From Guillardia theta CCMP2712 (taxonomy: Eukaryota > Protista > Cryptophyta), in the NCBI RefSeq assembly GCF_000315625.1, contig NW_005434652.1, positions 364,384 to 428,383 of the forward strand: DNA of 64,000 nt, written 5' to 3'. How positions within the stretch are numbered: the first letter of the stretch is position 1; every line of letters begins with the position of its first letter. Below the pieces are notes generated by a model. The model was not told where the DNA came from and did no database searches. It worked only from the letters and a program-made list of their open reading frames with translations. Positions 37,559-49,339 of the stretch are shown here, one piece after another. A program made the position numbers and the translations under genes.

Positions 37559-39452
37559 ATGGCTGCGGGCTGTGGAGAGCGGCAAGGCAGCAGAGGAGGA
37601 GGAGGAGGAGGAGGCGCAAGACACGGAGCAGGATGGCTGAAGACTCTGACCCTTTTCTCATGCCTCACCTTCCACTACTCCTCTGCCTTCAACCTGCTTG
37701 GACCAAAGCCGTTCGGACTTCCATCCGGGACGTTTAAGGCGGTGGGGGCCACTGGAAGGCGGGTGACATGCGGAAGCAGAACGGCGAGGATGGTGCAGAC
37801 GCACGTCAGCACTGGAGGAGAGAAGGCAGGAGTGGAAGTGGGAGGTGTAGATGGTGTCTGGTACCTTGAGCAGATCTTGACCGCCAAGGTCTATGACGTT
37901 GCTGTTGAAACTCCTCTACATGACATGCCAAGGCTTTCTGAGCGTCTGGAAGGAGGGAATATGATCATGGCGAAAAGAGAAGACATGCAGCCTGTATTCT
38001 CGTTCAAGCTTAGAGGAGCGTACAACATGATCGCGAACCTTGACCAAGCTCAGCTGGATCGAGGAGTCATCACAGCTTCAGCAGGTAATCATGCACAGGG
38101 TGTCGCAATGAGCGCGAAGCATCTTGGATGCAGAGCTGTCATCGCCATGCCGACTGTGACTCCCGCCATCAAGGTGAACAGTGTGAAGCGGATGGGTGCG
38201 GAGGTAGTTCTTGTTGGAGACAACTTCGACGAGACCAAGGCGTACGCGCTCGAGCGATCAGAGAAGGACAACATGGTGTTCATCCCACCGTTCGATCATC
38301 CTCTGGTGATCGCTGGTCAAGGAACAATCGGCCTGGAGATCCTCAGACAGTGCTCGAAGCCGATAGACGCCATCTTCATCCCCGTCGGAGGAGGAGGCCT
38401 CATTGCTGGAGTGGCCGCGTATGTGAAGCGACTCCGACCGGACATCAAGATTATTGGAGTAGAGCCGACAGGAGCAGACGCTATGTATCGATCTCTCAAG
38501 GAGAAGAAACAAGTTGTGCTTGACAAAGTGGACACCTTCGCGGACGGTGTTGCGGTCAAGACTGTCGGTAGTTTGACTTTCAAGCTTGCCCTCGAGCTCG
38601 TTGACGAGATCGTGCTCGTTGATACTGATGAGATTTGCGTTGCGATCAAGGACATCTTTGAGGATACACGTTCAATCACAGAGCCTTCTGGAGCTCTTGC
38701 TGTAGCCGGAGCGAAGAAATGGCTGACAGACGGAGCCAAGAAGGGGTCCCGTGTGGTTGCCATCACAAGTGGCGCAAACATGAACTTTGACAAGCTTCGA
38801 TTGGTCGCCGATCGTGCTGGTTCAGGAGAAAAGGAAGAAGCGATGCTCGCTTCCATCATCCCTGAGAAGAAAGGAGAGTTCAGGAAGTTCATCAACATCT
38901 TGTCCAAGTCAGGCCTGAAGAGAGGAGGCAGCCAGTCGCGCTCCATCACCGAATTCAAGTACAGGTACAACGAGAGATTCACTTCCCAGACCGGCAATGC
39001 CCAAGTCTTCTATAGTGTAGACACGGCAAACCGCAAGGATACAGAGACTCTGGTGCAAGAGCTCAACGACTCGGGCTTGAAGACTCTCGACCTCTCCAAG
39101 AACGAGCTGGCGAAGGAACACATCCGCTTCCTTGCTGGGGGCGGAACTCGCGCTGCTGATGAGCGCCTGTTCAAGATCGAGTTCCCTGAGCGTCCAGGTT
39201 CTCTGAGGAGTTTCTTGGACGTGCTGGGAGAAGATTGGAACATTTCTTTGTTCCACTACAGGGCAACCGGACAGGTAGGAAGTTGTTGATCGCTGGCGTG
39301 TCTTGCTTACTTGTATACAGTTGGTGGGGAGCGTTCTCCTCGGAGTGTCCCCGATGGGTGAGAAGGATGTGCAGACTTTCAAGGCTGCTATTGCCGAACT
39401 TGGCTGGGCCTGTGTTGACACATCGGACAATGTTGCTTGTGCACTGTTGTAA
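37559..39452 (+). CDS. ilvA: Biosynthetic threonine dehydratase with bipartite plastid-targeting presequence
   Basis: KREDMQPVFSFKLRGAYN (PLP lysine), SAGNHAQGVA, PVGGGGLIAG, EPSGALAVAG, SGANMNFDKL and two ACT-like domains. Signal peptide ends SSA/F. One intron near the 3' end (about 39274-39320). Confidence 0.96.
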
Positions 39453-39665
39453 GGGAGAAATGTCCAAGTAAAGTGGGTCGAATGTGGATCAGGGATTTAC
39501 TAATGCAGAGAAGCGTTGTAAAATAAATGCGGGATGTCTCCCAACCTCCGTGTCAAATATTATGTGACATTGTTACAGGTGGATCGAGATCCTAACAAAC
39601 ACACAAAACACTGTAATGTACATACAGTGCAGCGTGATGGTTTCATGTTACGATAGAAGGGATGT

Positions 39666-42300
39666 ACTACTGCTTCTTCTGTGCCCCATGGGATGCCCCA
39701 CGGGTTCTTGACGAGATGGGCAAGTCTGCATCAGAAACTACACCTTGCCCTGCAGCTCGAGAGGCATTTGCTGTCCCCTCTGCTTCCTAAAAATCAAAGT
39801 AAGATTTGACAGGAGCATCCATAGGTCCTACCTGAGGCAGATTGTCACGCTTGTAAACCCGCTTTCTACGAGAGCTCTCCACGTTGACATGAGAGACATG
39901 GTTAACCTACAACAGGGTGTTACAAGAATACCTTTCACACTAGCAACCCTTCATACCGAATCTTCCGACTTCCTCTTGCGCCCTCGCGCACTTTGATTGT
40001 TCGCAACCGAAGGTTCAGAATTTCGATTGGGAATGGCATCAAATGTTGATGCAACAGTGGGAGGAATAGGATCGGGAACATTTTGACTGTGACCCTGTCT
40101 ATTTTCATTCTGTCCGCCCATTCGTTGAGATGCAAAGAACTCCGCGGCGATACCGGACCGATCTGTGTTGCTAGAATTTTGTCGCACAGCTTGCAAAGCG
40201 GCACCAATTGAGGCAACCGGCATCCTCAAAGTCATGCGAACTGACCGAGGTCCGGAACCAGACATGATCGATGCGTCAATACCGTCAGTGCTTGACAACC
40301 ATCTCCCTTGCAACTGAGCAATACGAGGAGCCTCAGGAAAGTTGGATAATCCACCACTCTTGTGCCTCGAAATCTACGAAAAATGGTTATACATCGCAAA
40401 ATCAAAATGTTTGCAAGGATACCGTCTCGCTGCATAGTTCTCCTTTCAATTTGCTGTAATTGGCCTGATTGTACCTTGGGCAGTTGGATTCTATTTCGCA
40501 TCTGCAGATCGGACACGTGTTGTGCTCAGCAAGCCAAGGCACCTGCCAAAGAGTGATTTCTATCCTTTTTTCGTCAACCGGAAACATCTTACCAAACAAG
40601 CACGATGAAAATGATGGCCACAAGGCATCTTGAGGCTTACGGCCCCTATTTCCATATCATCTTGACAAACAATACATCCCGCATCCAGCGCCTGAGCCAA
40701 AATTATGAACACGATATTCAACACCAAATACTCCGTACCTCAACAATGATAGATTCATCAAGCTTGTTGATTGCGAAGTCTGATGCAGGTGGATTCCCAC
40801 GACTGCGATGAGCTTCGATTGCATGACGTATGAAATCCTGCATAAGAGTTCGTTTCAGTACATGAAATAACGTGAAACAGTGGATGTCTCACCGTAATTA
40901 GTGCTTCAGCAGAGAAGTGGTTAAGGGTCCTCTGGATAAACTGAAAAAGGAAGTCACAGAATTGATACAGAAATATGATCCTACCTGGTGCATCCGTTGA
41001 GGTTGGGTAGATGTCTGTGAAGAGGCATCGGTGGCTGTTGGGCAAAGTTACAAGAACATTCACAAACTCGAAGCATAAAAGTGCAACAAATCTCACCACC
41101 GGTTTGTGCGCTTGACTCAGTGCCTGTTGTAGATCCAAAACGGAAAGTTTGATGCAAGGCAGAAACACCGGAACGTTGAAGCATGGAACTTAAAGTTCTG
41201 CAACAAAGAGACATCACAAATATGAAATGACCAAGCCAAAAACGTTTCGAGCACCTTTCTCTGGGATTGGTGTTTGTAGCTTGTGTGCTTGCCTCAGTAC
41301 GGCTACGATTTCTGGGCCGAGCTCCAGTCTCATTCTGTAAACAAGCAAAGCCATCGTCACATCTCAAGTAAGCTTTCGATGAGTGAGCTGATCGGCTTAC
41401 ATTTGAGGCAGAGCTACTGCGACGCGAGGTAGAAGCGAAATTGTATCCAGGACCAGGTGGTGGAAGCCGAAAAACCATTGGCTGACCCACATTTGCCAAG
41501 AAAGGGTTGCTGTTGCGAGTGTCTGTGTTGGCTCTATTCGTAGGGTTCGATCGTTGCAACAGAGTTTCGATCAGCATCGGCACGTCTGAGTTCACATTTC
41601 CAGTGCTTCGCGCATTTGTCGATGGACGATCATTCGCTCGAGCATCCTCTGTGTTCGAGCCGATGTCCAAGTCTGCCAAAACAACGAAAACGCCCTGCAT
41701 AGTAGTAGTTTGTCGCGGTTCAAATGTATTTGTACCAGTAGCTGATGCAGTGTGTGGCCTTGGAACTGGCATGGAACTCCAACAAATTGTCAAACAACCC
41801 TATTGCTCACAATCGCTTTCCAGTTCGATATTAGAGACTGGAGGAGGCTTAGAACTTTTTACGAAGTGCTGTACTCTTCAGTAAACTGCAGCACCGTATA
41901 AAGAATCAGCAAAGAATTTTCCTAATAGCTCAAAAATAAAAGAATAAGAATATATATGTTCAACAGGCTAGGAGCAAGATCAGCACTTTCGAGATGCCAA
42001 CAGATCTGAATTGGTATCGTAATTCACTATAGGAGGCTCTTCACTCGACACTGATTCCACCAGTCGATCACTCCTTTGGATGAAACTCCAGAACAGACCA
42101 AACCTCACGCAATTCTCCAGGATTTGCAAGTGCCAAACAGAGAAAAATACAACCTTGAAAACCAAACGCCCGCTGTGCTGTCTTCAACCTAGAAAATTAC
42201 TACTTCATCGGTAATGAATCAACTTCGGCCCGCCCGAGATTATATTCTGAGCACCATCCGTCGAGCAAAAAATTAGGATCTCCTTGTATCTATCAGTTTC
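39666..42300 (-). CDS. RING-H2 E3 ubiquitin ligase (ends approximate)
   Basis: CIVCQDDMEIG..MPCGHHFHRACL|VPWLAEHNTCPICR. Confidence 0.85.
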
Positions 42301-42419
42301 TTCTTTCTCCTTCCCTCCTCCTTCACACCAGACGCAGTCTTCTTTGTCCGGAGTGCGCTTCGACCTCCCCGCTCCTCGCCTGCACTGCGCGCGGGCCACC
42401 TCGTTTCCAATCAGTTTGT

Positions 42420-44550
42420 TCCTTCGCGTTGATCCCTACCCCTCCCTGCTCAAATCAAATACCCTCCTGGCTAACCGGTACTCACTCTAAACCAACTCCC
42501 ATCACCCCTTCATAATACTGTGATATACCCACCCTTTGATCGGAAGGAGGTTTAAAAACAATTTGGGGTACCCACCCATTCAGTTCCACCCACTTCTTGA
42601 CAAACTGGGTCTTCTTCCCGTGTTGGTCAACAGCCTCATACTACCCTACCTCCTGATTTTATCATCATTTCATATTTCGGAGGGGGTACATATCTGAAAG
42701 ACCCCCCCCCCTTGTACGATTCTCGACCTGGCCTATATCCATTTACAACTTAGGTTCCTTGGAAATTATCGCGGGGGGTGAACAAAATAGGCATTATGAA
42801 TGTTTTGAAATTTTATTTCAATATATGAGAGATTTTGACAAATTAATGAAACCATTTAGTGATTTGAATGAATTTGTATCAAGCATACACACCCTTTTGT
42901 GTAAATGTTGTCTTTCCTCCCTTGTTCGGGTTCATGGTAGTCGGGAGGGGGTCCTATATATGTTATGTTGTCAGTACTATTTCAGGGGTAATAATATATT
43001 GGTACTGATTTAAAATCTAAAATACTTCACTTTTATATTCATAGCTACAAGATGAAGCTTCGCTTGTACCAAGTACAGATCTCTACTGTAGCCAAATCCT
43101 TCACTACCCACCCCCTTGATCAAAGATCTAATACCCTACCCCTCTGTTTAAATGTCAGCAATAGCAAAACCACCTCTCCCATATATGGAATGAGTAACCC
43201 CACCCTGTTCGTTGGTCTGCTGCGCGTCTACCTCCCCTTTTCCACCCCTCACCCCCTCTCTTTCAGCGATTTGCAGGGTAGTGGAAGCGAAACCTGGTGG
43301 CCTGCTTCCAATCAATGGGAAAAGGGTGGGGTGGGGTGAAATTACTACCTTTGTGGGGTAATATTTTCATTGAGGACAACGGGGTACTTCCGACCTTAAT
43401 TTTCAATGCTCAGTATGACGGGTGGGTACTATAACTGAATGCCACCGGTGCCGTGCCTGCTGGACTGAGGGGACATTGCCAGCCCTGCGTGCCGTTGCCC
43501 GGCCCGGGCGCGCCGGGGCCGGGCGGCCGGGCCAGCCCGGCCGGGCAGTGCCAGGTGACCGTCCACGGTGAGGGCCCGGCCGGCGGCACACGGGCGGGCC
43601 GACAGGCCGGGCTGAGTTCGGCGACCGGGCCCGCCTTGAGGTGCCAGCCTAGTACCGGGCCCCGGGCGGCCCGGAGCCTCGGTGAGTGACCGTATCGGAC
43701 TCGCCGGCGGCCCGGCGCGCCGCATGCGGCCACATCCGACCGGGCCCGGATATTCTACTACCCAGTGTGTGACTGCGGCACTGCCCGCGGCGGATCGCGG
43801 CGGATCGGACGGTCACTGTAAAAGTTCAACTTGGCAACCCAGTCCGACTCGGACAGGCTAAAAGTTTTTTTTGGCGAGGTGACCGTACGGTCACGCTACG
43901 TGCGGCGGCCAGCCGGGCCGCTCAGATCGGACGGTCACTAAGTTCCGGCGGCGCAGACGCCGCCATCTCACTCAGGGAGTCCGCGGCCGACGAGTCAGTG
44001 CCGCGGGCCGGCCGCCGCGCCGCGGCGGCCGGCCTGCGCGGGCGCTGGGCACGACGACGGTGGCGTGACAGTGACGGCCCGGCGCGGGCCTGCCGCAGTC
44101 ACACGCTGCCGCCTACGAGTCATTGAACTTCCGAATGGCGGCGGCACAGTCTGGGCGCCCGGTGACTGGCCCTGCGTAGTCACAGCCTCGGAGTCACGGT
44201 GGTCCCCGCCGCACGGCACCGCGGGACGGTCGGCCGCGCCGGGTTCCGAGTTCGGAACTCGGAACACGGTTTGAATTTCCCGGCGCCCGGCGGCCCGTCC
44301 GGGCCGCGCCGGGCCGCCGCCGCTGTTCCGAGGCTGGCTCGGTTGAATGTGACTCAGACAGGCCGACGCGTACCAATGTAGGTTTTCATAGGGGGTGGGT
44401 AGTCAATCACAGGGGTACAGCAACCCATTTTCTTCCATAAGGTGGGGTGGGGTGGTCGTAAAATACTGCAATAAAGGGGCAAGGTGGGGTCGAGTGATTG
44501 AAAGTAGGGTAGGTAGGCTTTGAGGTATGGGGGGTAGGGGTAGTTTGGCG
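42420..44550. promoter_or_regulatory. Tripartite divergent intergenic region: ACCC/GGGT-rich, then CpG palindrome island (43440-44370), then GGGT-rich
   Basis: Sharp compositional boundaries; lies between the RING gene (-) and the FHA gene (+). Confidence 0.55.
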
Positions 44551-44855
44551 CCAAAAGTTTGAGATGCGCCATTCCTAGTGGAGAAAAGCGAGTCGATGAG
44601 AGCGGGAAGGAGAGGAGGGGGACGAGGAAAAGAGACGAGGAAAGAGAAAAGAGAGGAGAAATATACGCTGAAGAAAACATTTTGAGGTAGGCTGAAGGAT
44701 ATACGATGAATGTCATGAACAGCACAGTTCTACCTTGCTTCCCTTGAATGCAAGGAACTGAAATCTAAGACATCTGCTCCGTTGTCTCCTTGAGGATCTG
44801 ATAAGATCAGGAGGTTTTGCAAAGTTTGGATTTCGTTCATCACAAAACATCCAAT

Positions 44856-47800
44856 ATGACATCAAAGTTTTGGCCCTACACTCGATTCAATCAGATCACA
44901 GCGGTGTACATGATGTTTGCGATTTCTTCTCCCTTGCGTGTGGACACTCGTGCAGAATTTCCTGATACTCTACTTCGTGCAAGACATCCGATAGCCTCCA
45001 TCCCACAAGTTCAATTAACATCCCAATCGCAAAATCCAAGTCTGGGCCAGCAGAGGAATCAAGCATTTGAAATCTCGCGACTCAAAAGACCGTCAGATGT
45101 TAAGAACATCCTAGGTCGTTGCATGGTGAAAAACGATGGAGGGCAATCAAAGTCAGGACTTGAGTCTACATTAGCGGTTCAGCAAGAATGCAAGACGTAC
45201 CTAGCTCAGAATGATCAATTTTTCAAACAAAGTACACCAGGTCCTTTTGATCGTCAATGGGCAGAGAGTCCGACACTCATTTCTTCACGGATGGAAGACT
45301 CGGAAATGCAAGTCCCTTCCCCAATCCGTTCACAGCCTTTCTCCGTACCGAATAAGGGCCAATCAATGTTCTTAGATACGGTGAATGCCATGCCGGACAA
45401 AGAAAGTCTTTTTGCAAATTTCGATACCAGCGGCAAGACGGATGTCCATGAGCCTTCCAAAGAGTATGCCATGGATATCCCTCCTCAACACACAGAAATT
45501 CCAGTTTTCCGTTCGGTAATCTCACACCAGCCCTTGGATTTGGCATCTGCTCAAGATTCTATGACTCCAGCTTTTGACGAATACAGGGAACAGTCTTTCA
45601 AACTGAAGGAAAACAAGCTGCCTCCTCTGTACATTCCACAAGCTGCAGATCTGGAAGAGGAAGCATGCGAACTCCTCAACGCTGCACGTAATGAGCTACA
45701 GCTGCTGACTGAGGATTGGAAAAATTCAATCTCTACCGCAGCAGCAAAAGAGCAAGAGGTAATGAACATCACTATGTCTGCGATGTGTGATGTATTCGTT
45801 TTCAGATACGCTCACTGCAAGGAGAGATCGAGCGATTGAAGTCCATCATGAGTAACCTGCAGGAAGAAAAGGAAACCATTTCTGCAGAGATGTCAAGAAT
45901 ATTGGCCAGCAAAAACCACTTGCTAACGGAGCTTGAAGAGGTACACCTCCCTTGTAGTGAGCGAAATCAAATAATGATACCTGTAGTCTGAAAGGCGCAT
46001 GGAAAAGATGCAACACGAGATGGAGATTCTTTCGAATGCAAATCTTGCCTATGAAAGCCATATTCGTGAAAAAGATGTCAAGGATGCATCTATGTATTCC
46101 GAAGAGGTCAAGAACCAATATGAGAGCAAAATCTCGGTTTTGGGCCAAGAATTGCATAATGCAAATGTAAGTCTGATGTTTCTTTCCCTTTTTATGAAAC
46201 TGAATTCAATATTGCAATCAGGCTGATCGTGAGAGGCTTTGGGATCACATTGTTTACCTTGAAAAATCCGCTTCGGATGCAGAGCAACTCACTGCAAGCC
46301 AACGGCAGCAACTTGCTGCCCTTTGTGATGCCCTGGAAGGAGCTGAGTTTGAAAGGCAACAGTTGGAAAGGTCCCTCAACGCCACACAACTGAGTGAGGA
46401 AGCTTCGAAGAGTGCTCAACGGAATCTTGAAAATATAATTTTCGAATATGAGAGTCAGATAGAATCCATGAAGCAGGAGATGGCGGCAAGATACATGGAA
46501 ATCGAAAATTGGAAATCATCCTTTGTTTGTATCAGCCAGAATTTGACAGAGACTACAAATTGTTTGAACGAGTTGAGTCAGGCGAAGTTTAAGCTGGAAC
46601 GAGAGTATCAGGCTCAAATTCAGATGCTGCAATCGAAACTTGATGACGTGCTGCAAGACAGTGAAACCAAAGCCAAATCCAATACGGATCGTACTCTCAG
46701 ACTTGAAGCTGAATTGAATGCTACGGCTTCCAGATGTCAGGAGTTATTGAGACGAAATGATGTGTTGACTAAAGAAATTAACACTCAAAAGAATAATTAT
46801 GAACAGAAACTTATTCAATCTTTGGAAGCTGCAAAAAAGGAAAGGGAAAACCTTATCCAAAAGGCAATTAGTGAAGCAAAGGATAGCTACCAAGTGGAAT
46901 ACGACTCACTCACATCAAAAATGAATCAAGCTGAAATGATGGTACCACTTCTTCTTGATATGAAATGAATGATTTGACATGTTTATAATTTTGCCAGATA
47001 TCACAAAAAGATGGAATACTCAAAGATATGGAACTCAAAAATCAAGAATTCAAGAAGCAAATTGATTCTCTCAAAGAGAAAGCAAGTCAATTAGAGGCCC
47101 GTAACAAAAATCTAGACTCGAAGGTTCATACCATGGAATCACATTGCGAACAACATACGGCGGAGTTGAAACACACACAACAAACTTTGCAAGCAAAAGT
47201 AGGATCTTGTTTTTCTCCCAATGTACATTCTTGTAGAGTCTGATCGATGGTTGCAGGAAAAAAGGATGAATAAGACGGCAATAGATCTCGAGGCAGCGTG
47301 TGAAAAATTGCAAGAAACTGAAATCCGACTGAAGCAGACCATGATGGAGAACAATCGCTTGCAAATTCAAATTCAAGAGGCCCACAACAATCTAACTGAG
47401 TTTCAATCAGCCAAGGACGAAGAAATCAGCAAAATTCAATTCAGAGCCTCAGAAATTCAAACTCTTTGTGAATCACTCAAAGCTGAATGCGGAAGGCTTG
47501 AAAAGGACAACGATGCATACAACAAAAAACTTCAAGTATTCGAAAATGAAAACGAAAACCTTAAACAAAAAATTAAGGATCTGAGATATCAAACAGAAAA
47601 CAGCAATCTGGAAAAGGGAAGTGTACAATCTGAATTGAGGGACAAATGCTCTCGAATCGAAGAGCTTGAAAACTTGGTGTTACGGATCGAGAACAGAGAG
47701 AAAGATTTGCGCTCAGAAAATGAGCTAATGGTAAGTTACCTATTCTTGCACATTGCGTACCGCAGTTGTAATTTTGTTGAAATAGATTCAGAGGAGCCGT

Positions 47801-49102
47801 GAGAGGGAGTCCGAAATGATATCTCTCCAGCAACAAAACGAAAATTTGATGATGAAGTTGTCTCAAGAAAATGAAATTCTGAGAGCGCAGTTGAATGATA
47901 CCGCTATGACATGCGAAGAGCAGAGGGCTAGAATGAACGATTTTATTGCGAGAGCTGAAGCATCGGAAAGGAGGTGCAGAGAGGCCGAAAAGATTGCAAG
48001 GGAAGCAACAAGAACTGCAAGCAAAGACCTCAACTTGGTACAGGTAATTTGATAGATGCGTTTCTTTGCTTGTGCGTGTTTGATATTGAACAAAGGCGCA
48101 AGCTTCCCATTTGAGACAGCAAGTTGATGCGCTCACGAAGGAAAAGGAAAGTGCGCTTTATTCCCTCCAAAGGAAGGAGCAGGAAATGGAGAAATTACGT
48201 CTCGAGTTGATGAACAGAAAGAATGGCATACACCCAACCGATAGAAATGACGTGATGGAAGATGAGCCAGTGGCAGAGAATGACAAGATTGGAAACATCG
48301 ATGCATTTTCCAAGGAAGAATCACAAGCAATCGGGAATGCAGAGATCATGCAGTCCGTGATTGCACAGCGCACTCGGGGTAGGATCAACAATATCATGGA
48401 AACAGGGACCAAACCCTCGGCTGTTGATCCAAGAATGTCCGCACCGTTGTCAACAGGGAGTGCCAGAACAAGATCGAGGACGTCCTATGCTCAATCTCAG
48501 GATGGCCAAGGTGAGATAGTGCTACATGTTCCTCTATTGTGAAATTTATGCTTAACAGAACAATCTATCTTACAATCAGTCATCGCCGCAAGGACACGAG
48601 GGCGAACGGCGGAGAAAGATTCCATCTTTGTCTTGAGACACATCCCTGTGAATGGCGGGAAATCTCCTGTCGACATTCCGGAGACGGTCCAGTTGACTCA
48701 TACTGGGTAGACTCATGCGAGCTGGACTGCTCTCTGCTAATTCACTGCGTAGGTTCGTGATTGGAAGGGTGGGTGCAGATCTTTGCCTCACGTCAGGTGA
48801 TATTCCCCATCTGCAGCCTCTCAGAGGTCTGAAAATATCACTTTCAGGATACGTAAGCAGAAAGCATGCGCAATTCCAAAGAACTGCCCTTGGCTGGAGA
48901 GTGCTTGACACAAGCACGAATGGGCTCTGTGTGAATGGGGTGAGGCTCAGCCAAGTCTTGGTTTCACGATTGAAAGGTGTTCTAGATCAAAGTGAGGAGT
49001 CAGCAGCTCTCTGATGGGGATGTCCTATTGTTCGAAGTGCCGCAGACAGTTGGCTTCGGGCAGGTAGCTGAATTCAGTCTGAGCAACTTCGTTTGTAACT
49101 GA
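44856..49102 (+). CDS. Large coiled-coil protein with C-terminal FHA domain (start approximate)
   Basis: Many heptad exons, then FVIGRVG..YVSRKHAQF..WRVLDTSTNGLCVNG..LSDGDVLLF. Confidence 0.85.
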
Positions 49103-49339
49103 ATGCCCTGCAGGAGGTTCCAAAGCAGTGGGATGAGAAGAGCCATTTTCGTTTTCGATTCTGCATAGAATCTCCCGGAGCCTAACCCTTTCACGAGCAT
49201 TATTGCCATACTGAAATGTGTCCATCCTTCGTGACCATTCGTGACTTTGTACAGTGACCGTAAGAGTAACACTGAGACTTGCTTATTTGAATTCAGGTTG
49301 AATATATTGTTGTGACCAATTAGACCTTAGTCTCCCGAC

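Noticed and set aside
38317-38997. 226-aa ORF antisense to ilvA
   Set aside because: Codon-bias shadow of a conserved gene.
43403-44381. Several Arg/Pro/Gly-rich ORFs in the GC island
   Set aside because: Expected from stop-codon scarcity at extreme GC; open on both strands with no recognisable motifs.
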